DNA of 62,794 nucleotides, filler included, from Rhabdomonas costata (lineage: Eukaryota), in assembly GCA_019059605.1 (NCBI GenBank). It is 49 parts of 49 records of this genome, joined end to end, with 100 filler letters (N's around TTAATTAATTAA, not from the genome) between each part and the next. Parts side by side here need not be neighbours in the genome. Positions count along the whole stretch, not along the records: positions 24,397 to 25,580 come from JAHMHO010024608.1; positions 25,681 to 26,864 come from JAHMHO010024609.1; positions 26,965 to 28,148 come from JAHMHO010024610.1; positions 28,249 to 29,432 come from JAHMHO010024611.1; positions 29,533 to 30,715 come from JAHMHO010024612.1; positions 30,816 to 31,998 come from JAHMHO010024613.1; positions 32,099 to 33,282 come from JAHMHO010024614.1; positions 33,383 to 34,566 come from JAHMHO010024615.1; 41 more parts are not named here. One strand, written 5' to 3'. The notes beneath the pieces were generated by a model that was given only the letters and a program-made list of their open reading frames with translations, was not told the DNA's origin and did no database searches. The translations under genes and the position numbers were made by a program. Positions 25,101-38,515 of this stretch are shown piece by piece; the first letter of the stretch is position 1, and each line of letters opens with the position of its first letter.

Positions 25101-27165
25101 ACTTGTCTTTTCTCGGCAAACCAGCAGCGAAGTCCGCTAAACAGTCTGCAAAGCCCTCCCCCAAGCCAAGCATGGAGGAGGGCGAAGAAGACCAGGACGA
25201 GGAAGAGGAAGAGCCTGCGCTGGGGAAAGAAGCGAGGGTGCACTAGAGAGTGCAGTGTTTCGGGAGGCCCACTGTACAAAAAGACCACGGGCCTTGCGCT
25301 TCACAAATGAGTCCCTGCAGGAAGAACCTCCAACTTCAGGAAGAGTCAGCACAGGTGGAAAGGGACAACGTGTTCCGCTGGCAAGTGCTTATTATTTCTT
25401 ATTATTCTCTGCAAACTCTCCAAAAGCTGCTAAGTTGCCAAAATGTTCTCTAAACCCTGGTGGTTCGCTCGAGAATGTGTATTTTTATTTGAAGTCGCTG
25501 AGAGAAATTTTGGATTTACTGTAGCTCCTAGCGCTTCCCGTCTGCATCAGCTGCCTCATGCTCGCTAGTTGTCGTGCTCGNNNNNNNNNNNNNNNNNNNN
25601 NNNNNNNNNNNNNNNNNNNNNNNNTTAATTAATTAANNNNNNNNNNNNNNNNNNNNNNNNNNNNNNNNNNNNNNNNNNNNGGGTTTTTTGAATTTGGAAA
25701 CGACAAAAAGAGAGACAGAGACAATGGTGCACGTGTGCCCACTCATCACAGCGGGTTCGATTGCCACTTGAAGCTCAGAAGCACCAGCCCTCGGCAGCTT
25801 GGCTCGCGGACACACACAGTTCTCTCTCTCTCTCTCGTAAGCCCTTCCACTCACTGCTCGCGCGTGCAGCTGTTGTCCCGAAGGCGCCGTGGGCGCCGGA
25901 CTGATTCTCAAGAGCGCTCCTCCACCGGAGGAAAAGGGGTATGCTTTTGCATCTGCTTGCGACGATGTGACCACTCGCCTACCTTTCTGTTAATGCCTCT
26001 CTACTTTCACACTTCCAGCTCCTCCTCCTCCCTCTCTTGTCCCTTTTTCCTCCCTCTACCCCTCTTCCCTCCTTTTTCCCGTTTTTCCGCGTTCTTGCCT
26101 GCCTCGTTGAACGGACCCCTGCACGTTTTTGTTGTCAACGCGTGTTTTTTCTGTGACGATGTTGTGGGGTACGGTGCCTTTTGTAGCGGGAACACCCCCC
26201 CCAGTACCCAAGTCGTACAATTGTCGCAAACCTCCCGTTCCATTTACTCGCCTTTTGTGCTTTAGGAACCGACCCCTGACAGCGGGTCGTCCTCTTCGTC
26301 TTCTGACGAGCCTGGGTCCCCAACCTCTCCCCTCACTGGCAGGTAGCCTTCTTGTGCTGGGCTTCTCCCCCTACGTGACCCACTCGACTTCTGGTTTTGT
26401 TTTTCCGGGCTGCGTGGCAGGCGTGTCGGTGCCCATTGCCTTTGCTGACCAAGCCCGACTGCACCAACCGAACAATCCTGCTGAGACGTGAGCACACTTC
26501 TTCACTTATTCCGTCATACTGTTCGGATCCTGGAGGTCGCTGTGGATGAGTATACAGCAACGGGAGGGTCCCCGAGGCTCGTAGGTGGCATGAGTGGCGA
26601 GAGCCCAGGGCAGTTGGCGCGGAAAAGTCGTGCGGGGTCAGCACGCCCCTTATGAGAGGGATAAATCAAAGTCCGACCCCCTCCCCCAAATGGACCAAGT
26701 GAGCAACTGACCCTGTGCCTCAACACACCTCAACAACCCAACTCGGTCGAGGAGCCTTGAGGAGGACGCCAAGTCACGCCACGTCCTTAATCTACTCACA
26801 TAAATTGAGAGGGAGAGGCATGGTCGACGGACCTCCGCATCAAAGTAACCGCAGCAGCAACGACNNNNNNNNNNNNNNNNNNNNNNNNNNNNNNNNNNNN
26901 NNNNNNNNTTAATTAATTAANNNNNNNNNNNNNNNNNNNNNNNNNNNNNNNNNNNNNNNNNNNNGGGGTTTTTACCCGTGCGAGAAGGGCTGCCATGGGG
27001 AAATTTGGACTACAAGAGTGGACGCCGTCACTGGGACCCGCGTACGAGAATCAATTTGAACACCCCAGTTAACTCATTGTCTCTGACAAGCCGAGTCACG
27101 GTCTGGTGTGTTGGTCTCTTTCATCTTGGGGAGCCTGCTCACTTTTTTCCCTCTTTCTCCCGTAG

Positions 27166-27357
27166 CCACCCCGCTCCATTCCTGCGGGGCAAGAATTGGT
27201 GGAGGCTTGCAGGGCGAAGGACCGCAAGAAGGCGGTAAATATTCTGAGGAGCAACAACCCCGAGGTCAACCAGAGGTCAAGCAACAACATGGCCCCCCTT
27301 CAATATGTCGCGTGGCACGGGTGGGAGGACGTCATCGACGAGCTTATCGGGGCAAGG
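27166..27357 (+). CDS. Exon of an ankyrin-repeat protein
   Basis: LVEACR..AVNILR..EVNQRSSNNMAPLQYVAWHGWEDVIDELI; 64 codons between cgtag| and |gtacat. Confidence 0.8.
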
Positions 27358-29058
27358 GTACATCCCCACCTCCATTTCTGTCATTTTCAGTTCAAACGTT
27401 CCTTTTCTGGGCTTTGTGGGCCCGTGGTGTGCGCAAAAACAATTAATCAAAATGCTTCCTCGATGATTCGCTTTCCCCGTATTATGATTTTTGCAAGAGA
27501 AATCAAAGAAGAAAGAAGAAGAAGAAAATGCACTCTCTCCACATCTTGTGTGTCATTAATAGCCGTTGTCAGTAGAAGAAATGGCACGGATGGTACGATA
27601 CCACAGGGCCAAATCGCAATCAGCGTCGAGGTAGCCCTGCCTTTTTGAAGGAAGAAGGGAAAACGTTTTTGTTGGCCCCCAGTGGGTCTTGCCCTTTTAT
27701 TGTTAAGTTTTAGGTGGATGTCGAATGTCCCGACACGGGGATACAGCGGGTTCTGAAAGTTAGCGTCTGCATCCACGAAAAACTCGTCATTTTGCTCAGT
27801 CTCACGCTAGTACGCTAATACGTTTCGGCGTAAGTGCATTTATGGGCCCTCCCCCAACCCGCTGTAACCCCCACATGCATTTCCAACAAATGAAAGCACC
27901 TCGGGTCTTGGGCCGCGGAGGGTAGCGGAGCTCAGCTGCGCTCCGCGGCCCAAGACATTCTAAAAAGAGTCCCAGGGGACACGCGTATCGTCTCCTAACC
28001 ACCTAAAAAGGCTTTTATTACAACCCCAGAGGACCCATGCATCGCCACGTAACCGCTGCGTGCAAGCTGCAAATTCCTATGTTATATCCCAGGGGACCCG
28101 TAGATCGCCTCCGAACCCCATGCACTCTCCGGAAGGGGCCCACAAACCNNNNNNNNNNNNNNNNNNNNNNNNNNNNNNNNNNNNNNNNNNNNTTAATTAA
28201 TTAANNNNNNNNNNNNNNNNNNNNNNNNNNNNNNNNNNNNNNNNNNNNGGGTTGTGTGTGTGCTCGGAGCTGGTTGTGTCCATCCACCGATCACCAGTTC
28301 CGACAGCCGCATCAAGCCCCTCTTTTCCACCACCGCACCAACGTTCGGAAGCTGTTGTATTTTTTTGTGGGGCTGTTTTTTTTTGGCGAGGGTAAAACTC
28401 CGTTAACCGGTTGAATATTGATAAATATAAAAAAGGGGCATCTTGGAGGCATTGGAACAACTTCACTCATGTTGTGCCCTTGGACAAAGGCCTTTATTCC
28501 ATTGTCACATCAAAACGAAGAGTTGATGAATGTTTTCCCCCAAAAGGGGAGAGCATTCACATTTATCATCTGTCTGTGGCTTTGCCTGGGTTAGATAAGG
28601 TGGTCTTGCATTTTTCTTCTGAGGTTGCCTGTCTTAAAGAATTGCGCTGTGCCGTTAAAACCTGTAACAGATGAGGAGGTTGCCAATAGAAGGGTGGCTG
28701 TCAGGGAGGTGCCATGGCAGAATCCACTCTGGACTCAGTAGATTTCGATGAAATCGCACTTGTGTCTCGCTGAACAGTGTCGCTTTTGTCCCCATTTTTG
28801 TCGTCTTAAAAAGCCCTGCAAGGCGTCCCCATCCTTCACCCTGGCTGGCAACTTCATAGGGTAAACCGCGGCCCCAGGTTGCTGCAGAGTCGAGGTTAAT
28901 CCATTCAAGAAAACGCCATTCAGCCAACTCGGCGAAGTATTTCGCCTTTCTAAAACATAATGGCAGGTCACCCACCTGGTCATCCGCAGCCTGGAAAACC
29001 AGCTTTGGCATAGAAAAGCTCACCGAAGAGGAGAGAAAAGCTTTTGGCTTGCAGCAAC

Positions 29059-29424
29059 CTGATGCAAGGCCCGGATCTCGAAGAACACGGAGACCTTCTC
29101 GAGGCGTGGTGGCAGCCCGCCGGGGGACTCCCCCCGGACAGGGCCTTCCCCGGGGCGATCCCCGGAGCTGTCCACCGCGGCCTTCAGCTGCATCAGTCCC
29201 CGCAGCAGGGTCCTCAGGTGGAAGGCCAAGATAACCCGGTAGAAGAACAGCTGCGCCCCAAAAAAGGTCACCGAGCACACCGCCACCAGAATCGCGGCCA
29301 GCCGGTTGTTGCTCCACACCCCGTCGAGGTATTCGCGCTGAGGGAGCACCACATAGAGTCGCCAGTTGAGGCCGTAGGCGAAGAAGTCGGGCCGGACTTG
29401 CCCGGAGATCGTCAGCTGGAACAC
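29059..29424 (-). CDS. Exon of a receptor-like membrane protein: end of Cache domain, transmembrane helix, HAMP-like linker
   Basis: GLNWRLYVVLPQREYL, hydrophobic LAAILVAVCSVTFFGAQLFF, then LRTL..GLMQL and SVFFEIRAL. Donor CAG|gttgct. Confidence 0.65.
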
Positions 29425-30075
29425 AAACCCCCNNNNNNNNNNNNNNNNNNNNNNNNNNNNNNNNNNNNNNNNNNNNTTAATTAATTAANNNNNNNNNNNN
29501 NNNNNNNNNNNNNNNNNNNNNNNNNNNNNNNNTGGGGGTAGGGTGGACGGCGGGAGGTGGACAGGGGAAGCGTCCCCAGAGCAACACCGGAGCTCTTCAA
29601 GGGCTAAGGAAGAGAATCAGGCCAGAATGGAAGAAAAGCAAAGGCCTTCGCAGCTTCAGGGACAAAAGGAGGGGAGGAGGACGGAAATGACGGGAGATTC
29701 CCAGAATGGAAAAGTGCCAAACGGATGAGAAGGAAGGCTTGGCAAATCAAATCGTGTGAGAAGCCCAGGCGACTGTGAAACAGGGGCACAACAGGGGAAA
29801 TGAGATGTTGTTGCTCCACAGCGTAAAAGGACATCCCAAACAAGCTGGCACGTCATGAGGACACACAGCGTTATAATAATGAAAAAAATAATGAAATAGG
29901 CCGATCTGAAAATGTTAATGGAGAGCGTGTGTGAGAGGCAGTTTGTTTACAGCCTGTATTCATGGTCCAGAGAATCCCAGAGCATTGCCTGCCGCACACT
30001 CTGCTGCACAATAAACAGAAAAAAAGTAGTATTCACGTTAAAGGAGGCAAAAGCGGCAACGGAAGCGGCAACAAC

Positions 30076-30179
30076 CTTCTCGGGTGTCGCCAGGAAAAGG
30101 GGCTCTTCCGGGAGCTGCTCTGGGGCCCGGCCTTCCACGAGGGCCTGCCGCAGCCTGCGCCCAGCACGGGCCCCGCCAC
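30076..30179 (-). CDS. Small exon, possibly SF2 helicase motif Ib (LFLATPEK)
   Basis: gcag|..RRLRQALVEGRAPEQLPEEPLFLATPEK|gttgtt. Only a short motif supports the call. Confidence 0.3.
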
Positions 30180-30978
30180 CTGCACCGCAGGCTTCGGCCA
30201 CACCCCCCGGCATTCTCCACGAGACGGAAACCGAGGAAACCCGTGTGGTGGCAACTTCAACGGAACGCACAAAGGCCCCGTAAAGCCATCAAAAGTAAAC
30301 CGACAGGTGATGCTCAGCTGTCCGAGAATGAAAAAGTTGATTGAAAAAGATGAAGAAATCAGCATTGAAGAGCATGTCTTTGCACCCGCACTCGTTGCCC
30401 TGTCCATGTCCTGCGGTTCACAAATCCGGGAACACATTGCTGCAGATCAAGTATTACAGAAGGTGCACATGAACCGCAGACAACTAAACATTGGACCAAC
30501 CACTGTAGTTGAAGAATGAAGCAGGGGCGGCCGATCCTCAGAATTCAATAATTCTTTTCTTTTGCAGTCCACAGCGGCAAAATGTATGAACAAATTTGCT
30601 TGAACAAAATGTCATCGCTCCGCTGGTGCCGTTAGCACCCGCTCATCTGCTAGCAGCTATAAACAGTGTGGAAAACCTGAGAAAAGAAATAGGAGCAAAG
30701 AAGAGCAAACAAAACNNNNNNNNNNNNNNNNNNNNNNNNNNNNNNNNNNNNNNNNNNNNTTAATTAATTAANNNNNNNNNNNNNNNNNNNNNNNNNNNNN
30801 NNNNNNNNNNNNNNNGGGTGTTGTTGGAATTCGTTGCGAAATATTTTCTTACTTTTTGGGCATGACTTGCTTTAAATGGATCAGAATTTCGATGCCCCAT
30901 TTCAGTGAATTCCCCGTCCGTCGGCCCGTACTGAGCAAAAAAAAAGACCTCTCGAACTTCTGTCTCTCTGTGTCTCAG

Positions 30979-31080
30979 GTGAGCGCCCGCGCGGCGTACG
31001 TGTCGGAGGCGATGAAGACTGAGCAGATCCAAAAGCTGAAATCCAATAAGCGTGCGGCGGCAATCGGTCTGCCTGTGTAG
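30979..31080 (+). CDS. Terminal exon of a hypothetical protein
   Basis: Polypyrimidine tract plus cag| followed by VSARAAYVSEAMKTEQIQKLKSNKRAAAIGLPV*. Confidence 0.5.
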   Translation: MSARAAYVSEAMKTEQIQKLKSNKRAAAIGLPV

Positions 31081-32230
31081 TGCCCTCTCATTAGGTTTTT
31101 TGGCGGGCTTGGTTTGTGGTGTCCGTTAGATTTTTTTCGCCTGCTCGCTAAATTGGAATGGAGGTGCACCTTTTTTTCAGTGACCTCTTCCCCAAAAACC
31201 ATGCCGCCCGTTTCATTCCTTTCCCACATCCTGCAAAGGTGCGCATGAGGAAGAGCAAAAACTTTGCATGGGCGGCGAATCGGTGGACCTTCCTCAATCA
31301 CTTCCGAGATATGCCAGAAGTGAGAGGTTGGGTGACAGACGACCTTCTGAAAGGAAAATCCATTTGATTCCACAGTTCCCATTCTCTTGTCATGGCACCT
31401 TTCCTGGGGAAGCCAGTGCCCCGTCTCCTGCTTGTTCACCACAATTAGTGATGGCACAAAGCGCACGCTTCACAGAAGACGAGTCTCCGAACTTATGCAC
31501 TCGCACAGCTTAAATCGCTCTCGAAGATCCACTTGACATAAACGGAGAATCCGCAACAAACCGCAATAGTCCGTTCCAAAAGGAAACCTCGGAAACCTCG
31601 CCTGAGGTATTTCTCAACCCAAATCATGCCCAACGCGTCCGGTTTGCCCACGTCAGCCCGCGCCGAATGAATCCGCCTCCACACGGCACTTGCACAGACC
31701 CGCAGAGCACCGCCGAACCGAAGCACCAACAGTTCAATCCAGGGACACCTCCGATCCCCACACCACGACTGAAGGCTCACAGACACAACAAAAAGTTATG
31801 TACCCGCAGTCCCGAAACCAGTTTGATCGCGTCCAAGCCCGCCGCAAGGACGATTAGCCCTCGACTACAGCTGTTCCCATGGGCTTGTTTGGCCGCAGCT
31901 GCCGAAATATTTCCGACAACGGAGGTAAACGCCAGAATATTTCCAGATTCTTGGGCAGACTTCAAAACGCTCATGAGAAAATAAAATAAAACAAAACANN
32001 NNNNNNNNNNNNNNNNNNNNNNNNNNNNNNNNNNNNNNNNNNTTAATTAATTAANNNNNNNNNNNNNNNNNNNNNNNNNNNNNNNNNNNNNNNNNNNNTT
32101 TTTGTTGTGATGGACCACGGAGGGGAGCGGATTAAGTGTGCTACGCGGGGAAGTTGCAAGAGCCACGTATGTGGTCCGAGCCCGCCGTGCCTTCTGATAG
32201 GTGGTAGCACAGGATCTAATTGAGGTGTCG

Positions 32231-32680
32231 TTACGTTTTGGTTGTGATACCACTTACACGTGGCAGCAGATGGTTGATAAAGATCAAGAGCGCAGTTTTC
32301 AAAGCGCAGTTCTTGGCAACTTTGTGAGCAAGCAAGGACTCCATGCCTTGCATAAAATCAAAAATCAAGTCAACGTATGTTTTGAACTTAGCTTGGTAGG
32401 CATGGTCATACCAGTTGTACATCTTAACATTGTCCGCTATATTGTAGATTAGTTGGTAATGGTAGTTCTTAGTTAGGTAGTGCGCCTTTAGCATGTCTGT
32501 GAACTGGTTCCATGAGGTGAATGTTTGCACGTTATCGGAGATGCCACGTCACGCGTCTCCAAAGGCCATTTGTGCGTAGCGGATGGCAACATGGTCTGGG
32601 ACTTCTCGCTGGCATGAATTGAAGTGTTCTAGATTGCCGTCAAACGTTTCAAACTCAGAATCGTTTTCCTGTAGTTTCCT
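32231..32680 (-). mobile_element. Decayed Ty3/gypsy-type gag remnant
   Basis: TSWNQFTDMLKAHY...YQAKF...FMQGME pattern, AT-rich, intronless, with frame disruptions. Confidence 0.5.
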
Positions 32681-33999
32681 GAGTCATGAGGCTTGAGCTG
32701 AACGTGAGACTGAGACTGATTGTAAAGATGCACCTGTAGCTTGTAATAAGTTTTGCATTATGGTAATTAGATGTGTCTGTGGTTACGAGCCATTAGTGTG
32801 ATTGCTTCTCACAGCATTTTGGTGGTAAAAGGTCTGGTAACTGCGGGGGCTTCGTTAAAAGAAGACGCGGCTGCATGGACGGTATGTGACTGCAGTGGTG
32901 CGCTTATTTTTCCTCTGTGTCCGGTTGGTTACCTTTTCAAAGTAAATTCTTCTCCATGAAAACCGGTAGTGAAAAGCGTAAAAATAAACCAAACCTTCAC
33001 AAAAAGCACCGCTCTTCCAAAGTCGTTATAAAAGACAACAGAAAATTGACACTAAAAGTCGATAGAAAGGACAAAAAAGAAATTTACACTACTGAGGCCT
33101 GTAGGTAGCACCGAACCTCTGCTACCAGGTGAAATGGATCGGTCTCCAAAACCTCGTACTGGGCTCAGTGACCTGTTTGCTAATACTTACTTTACAAAAT
33201 ACTTTGCTGATTCAGTAGAAATTGAGTTGAAACTTCCTCTCTTTCCCATTCCCAAAGCAAAACAGTTAGAAGAATCCAAAAANNNNNNNNNNNNNNNNNN
33301 NNNNNNNNNNNNNNNNNNNNNNNNNNTTAATTAATTAANNNNNNNNNNNNNNNNNNNNNNNNNNNNNNNNNNNNNNNNNNNNTGTTTGTTGTGCCATCAC
33401 CAAGCCACAGTTCCCAATCAGCCGGGAATATCTACGACACACGGCGTAGAAGACCTAGAGCTTTCATTAAAGGCACAGAAAAAACATTGCACACGTACAA
33501 CAAAACTTACAATCTTTCTTTTGGTACGATTCATTTCTTAAATGAGACAAACATCGTTGGAGCAATTGCTTGCATTAATTTTGTTTGAATGCTCTCGTTT
33601 GATGTTTGTTTTTGCATTGCTGATTGTAATATTTTGGCCTAAGAAAACAGCGTATGAGACATGCTTCCGGTTAAAAATGGCACCTTTTGTACCGCAGTGT
33701 TTGCACAGGAGGTTACTCACACGTCCTCCACGTTCTTTGAACGGTTACGTTAATCAAAGACCATCTTACATACTGGACACAACCAACGTCAAGAACATCC
33801 TCCACGAGCAATGCCTCAAATTTACCAAAATCATTCAAGTCAACGCCCGATAAATTATGACGTCCAGAATATCTCCAGTACAGTGGTGCAGTCTATCTCA
33901 CACTCTCAGCCAACACAGGCCATAGCAAACGCAGGAAATTCCACAACCATTGTGCTTTGTCAAAAAAGCCCCAATTTTACCAGTGTGTCTAAAATGGTA

Positions 34000-34412
34000 G
34001 ACATTGTTGGGTTTAATGCACCACTTTGAACAAATTCCGAGCGCAATATTCATCGGCTACTCAAAAGACATCAGATTTGCCAGATCTGCACTAGGTGTAT
34101 GAAAATGCAGCCACTTTGATGCAGTGCAGTTATACCTGGAGCCATTTTGTCCAGATTTTGAAAGAGCGGTTTTTTACAATCTGCACCAAAAGCAAGCTTT
34201 TGGAAGAGGTCAACACTCTTCAAATGCAATTCAATAATCTGAAAACGTACTCCTCTCAATTTCAGTATTACCGTCAGTACATGAACATACAATGGAACAG
34301 TAATCAATGACTTTGTTTGAGGACTGGAGCCAACTTGTTTCTACTTGGTTGCCTCATCTCAACATAAAAATCTGAGGGAAGTGTTTGAATCAGCGAGGAT
34401 TGCACATTTCTG
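34000..34412 (+). mobile_element. Decayed Ty3/gypsy-type gag remnant
   Basis: TWSHFVQILKERFF...LQM..LKTYSSQF...FV*GLEP...NLREVFESAR follows the Retrotrans_gag pattern with stops. Confidence 0.6.
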
Positions 34413-34835
34413 ACCATTCCCACCTAGAATGACTAAATGGACAGAGATGAGCAGAAGATTCTTTTCTTAAAATTACCAACCATCTAGTTATTTTCTCACA
34501 AGAATCGTTGCTAAAAATAAATCATCAGAGCGACCATATCCGCAATGATTGCAAACATGCAGTGTTNNNNNNNNNNNNNNNNNNNNNNNNNNNNNNNNNN
34601 NNNNNNNNNNTTAATTAATTAANNNNNNNNNNNNNNNNNNNNNNNNNNNNNNNNNNNNNNNNNNNNGGTGTTTGGTGTTTTTTTTTGCATTTTTTTTTCG
34701 ACTTGTACCCCATTTGTCATGGGCTTATCAATTGTTTTCTGCAAGATGGCTCGTTGGTCCTCGAAGCCCAGCAGGGGGTCATTTTTTTTGGGATCTTCTC
34801 CCTCTCTCGCTGCTTGACTCTGCTGCCGCTTACAG

Positions 34836-35849
34836 CCTCTGCTGTGTTCCGCGGGTCTGTGTCTATGGTCGCGGACCACACCTTCGTCAGCCAGGTGTTC
34901 TACACGGAGAACAAGCCCCTATCCTGGGTGCAAATCGATCTGAAGGAGTACGGCGCCAACGTCAACTATTACTCGATGGTGTCCGTGCATGTGCATGCGT
35001 TGTGTGTGCGGGCCATTCTTGGTGGATATGGCACCTAGAGGTGCGATATCAAAATTTTCGACCGGTCGTGGATTTCCGTATACCTCAGGAAACAATGCTC
35101 AGGTGCTTGCGAAAGGATATTCTGGGACCCTCATCAAAAAGTAAACCAAGCGAAAAAAAATTTTGCGTGCCATATGCCCTATATGCCCTATATGCTTTGC
35201 GTCCTTTTCCTCATGCCTCTCTCCCTCACCCCTACCCCCACTATCTTGGGCGCACTCATTCGTACCCTTACTCACACGTACTTTCAACGTGCTCGTGCCC
35301 TCATTTGGTTTCGTTGGGTTTTTCGTGTCTCCCATCTGGCTCTTGACTGTCTTGCAGTCCCACCGCGCGGGGTTTGACGGCTATTACCTCCGCACCTGGG
35401 AGCTTCAGGGTAGCCTGGATGGCCAGTCGTGGGTGGTGCTGCGAGAGCACACCAACGACGAAAGCCTCAACCGCCGCGCCCTCACCGCGGCCTGGCCCAT
35501 CGAGAACACGGGGCAGTTCTACCGCTACCTCCGCGGTTTGGGGGAAGGGCACCCGCGCGTTATTTACACGTGCTTCTATCTGCACTTGCTCTCTGTGGGC
35601 TCCAACTGGGAAAGGAATGCGAGTAGAATAGGCATTCTTGTCCTTGCTGCACTCGAGTCGCCCGAATCCGGTATGTGCAGCGGCCCCATGAAGCAAAGCG
35701 AATAATCCGCAAAAAGGATCCATTCTTAGTCAACATTACTTGCAATTCAGGCTGATTGTCGTAATGGTGTGTGCCCCTTATTGTACGCGCCCACGCGCCC
35801 ACGCAGTGGTCATCGCCCCGAACGGCAACAGCAACGGCACCGACGCGCT
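34836..35849 (+). CDS. F5/8 type C (galactose-binding-like, HECTD1-like) domain protein, exons 34836-34978, 35358-35535 and 35807-35849
   Basis: Spliced reading TENKPLSWVQIDL..YYSM|SHR..YLRTWELQGSLDGQSWVVLREHTNDESLN..AAWPI..FYRYLRV|VIAPNGNSNG. All joins are in phase and GT-AG. Confidence 0.85.
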
Positions 35850-36118
35850 NNNNNNNNNNNNNNNNNNNNNNNNNNNNNNNNNNNNNNNNNNNNTTAATTA
35901 ATTAANNNNNNNNNNNNNNNNNNNNNNNNNNNNNNNNNNNNNNNNNNNNGTGTGTTTTTTTGTGTATCTCTTCATTTGTGAATGATCGTGTGTGATACTG
36001 GCGCCCTGCTTAAAACCAAATCGTTGCTTTGCTTTAATAAGCATGGTTTTTGCTTTGCCGACGGAGCACCCCTTCTTTGTGCCTTTGTGCAGGTGCGTGC
36101 TTGTTTGTGTTCACCCAG

Positions 36119-36646
36119 ACTTGGTGGACCCCTCGCGGCAGCAGCCGACGTACTTTGTCGAGCCCACGGAGAAGGGCTGGAATGACGACGTGTGCGTCAT
36201 CCGGTTTCACGCCGGCCCGCCCTACGAGGATATCGCCTTCAAGATCGTCAACAAGAAGTGGGAGTATAACATCCGTCGGTGCGGTTCCTTTCTCCCACCC
36301 TCACCCTCTCACCACCTAAAACTCGCGGTCTTCCTCCCGAAGACCAGCGGAGCTGTGCGTCACAGGTGTGAGCCGTGCATGTGCCGTGCATGACGCGTGT
36401 GCGTGTGCCGTGCATGACAGCCTGGTAAGATTTTCTTTGGTAGCTTTCGCACCTCTCCGCCCCGTTCGTCGTTTTTAGATGGGCAAAGTGTGAAGTCTGG
36501 AACGAGAAATACCCAGTGGAAAGTGTTGCCAACGTGACGTCAATTCTGCCATCCACTCTTGGGTCTTCAGGGGCTTCAAGTGCACCTTCGAGCGTGGAGT
36601 GCTGCACTTGTACTTCAACTTCCAGCGGCACTTCTACCGCCGCTGA
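36119..36646 (+). CDS. CACTIN: Cactin (spliceosome factor), last two exons 36119-36278 and 36571-36646
   Basis: DLVD..IRFHAGPPYEDIAFKIVNKKWEY..R|GFKCTFERGVLHLYFNFQRHFYRR* is the diagnostic cactin C-terminus. Confidence 0.96.
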
Positions 36647-38515
36647 CGCGCAGCCTCGCTGTGTTGCTGCTCACCCACTGCTGGGGGGGTCCACTCTGCC
36701 TTTGGCTGCTGGGAAACACCTCCTTCGGCAACGGTGTTGCTCGGCGGTGCCACTCTGGATCCACGCGCTCTTTCGTTCTCTGTGGTGCCGCATCGGCGGC
36801 TGCGGATGCTGCATCATGTACAGTGCTTCTTTTGTGCCATACAGATGTGAATACCGAAGGGCCGATGAAGCCCACATTGGAGCAATTGTTTTAAATCTTC
36901 TGCACATTTCTCTTCGGTTGGAAGAGGCAGATTCTAGATTTGAAGATGCTCAGTCGCTCCAAGTTCGCAGAGGAGATCCTGCCACTGAATGAAAATGGCA
37001 TCATAAAGACAGTGATTCCCCTCATACAAAGAACCCTGCGACCGCCAGTCAGCTCTGCAAAATCCCTCCTATCAGACCTGACTAGCCCTCCGATGAAAAC
37101 TGCTCCACACCCTCTGGATGGCCACCACCACCNNNNNNNNNNNNNNNNNNNNNNNNNNNNNNNNNNNNNNNNNNNNTTAATTAATTAANNNNNNNNNNNN
37201 NNNNNNNNNNNNNNNNNNNNNNNNNNNNNNNNGTTTTGTGGTGCACCTTTTGATTGACGGTGTAACGTACTTTGCGATGGGAATGCGATGGGCCTGTACC
37301 GAAACGGCACGGACAGACCCATGCGAATTGATCCATACCTTATTTTCCCGTGTGCTAGGTTGACTGTCAGATTCAATGTCTTCCAGCAGCGATACTGAGG
37401 TACCCCTGTTCTGGGGTGCTGCCCGTCTACCATCCCACACGAGAGTTCCCCAGCGTTGTGGGAAATCAGGTTTGCCCACACCTCATTCCACCAAGGGCCA
37501 CTGTGGAAAGAGGGGGCCCGCGTGGTTTTGCTCTTGTCTCTGAATGGAGTAAGGCTGGACTGTGCACAGGCGTTGGTTGCTGCAATGTGCTGCTTTGCAT
37601 CTGAAAAGACTTCTGTAATGTTTTGGAAGAAGCTTGCGAACACGGGATTTGTTGTGGTCAGTTTGAGACAAATTTGTCAAATGTATTTATGTTTACTGTA
37701 TTCCAAGAAACAGAAGGTTTAAAGTCGCGGAGACACATAATGCGTTTTGGTTGATCCCTGGAGCAGCTGTTTGCTGAGTTTCCTTTTTCTCACAGTGTCT
37801 GGGTGCAGATTGCAACCGACCCCCCATGGCTCATGACTGATGACAATCTACGGCGTAGTCTGGTGAGGTAAATAAATATTAGAGGAGTTTTGCTGCTCGT
37901 TTTCATGTGAACCCCTTGGATTAAAGGGGCGTAAATTTGGCGGACCTATACTACGACTTCAGATACAATGCTAGGATTCCTGTGTTGATTTTTTGAAACA
38001 TATCGGTGACGATTAGTGAACCAGGGAGCCCATGCGTGGTGGGCGATCCTTACGGGGTAAAGGGCTGCGGAGCAGCCTGATGAGACGCCGTGCCATTGCC
38101 ACAGGCCTGTGTGTGACGTTGCGCGGGGGTTCGAGGGAGGCTTTCACACGTCACCGGAAAATCCATCGATCGTGGGTCCCTCCTGTTCCACCTGTGCAGT
38201 ACCTTCACTCCGGAGTCTTCATAAGCCCTCCTGTGTCTTGCCCTTCTACTACCAACGCATCCGCAGTACCTTCGCTCGACGCTCCTCACAGGAGTGGATG
38301 TACGACCTCTCTGCCCGGCAGCCCTCCATTCGCCGGAAGGTCCAGCTCAATATCAGCGTTTCCTGCAACGCCTCCAGCGCCGGCTCTGGAGCTTCCTCTG
38401 CCTCCAAACCCCAACNNNNNNNNNNNNNNNNNNNNNNNNNNNNNNNNNNNNNNNNNNNNTTAATTAATTAANNNNNNNNNNNNNNNNNNNNNNNNNNNNN
38501 NNNNNNNNNNNNNNN

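Noticed and set aside
37233..38020. Retroviral-type integrase remnant on the minus strand
   Set aside because: Only faint similarity (LIVTDMFQK) in heavily broken frames, too weak to call.
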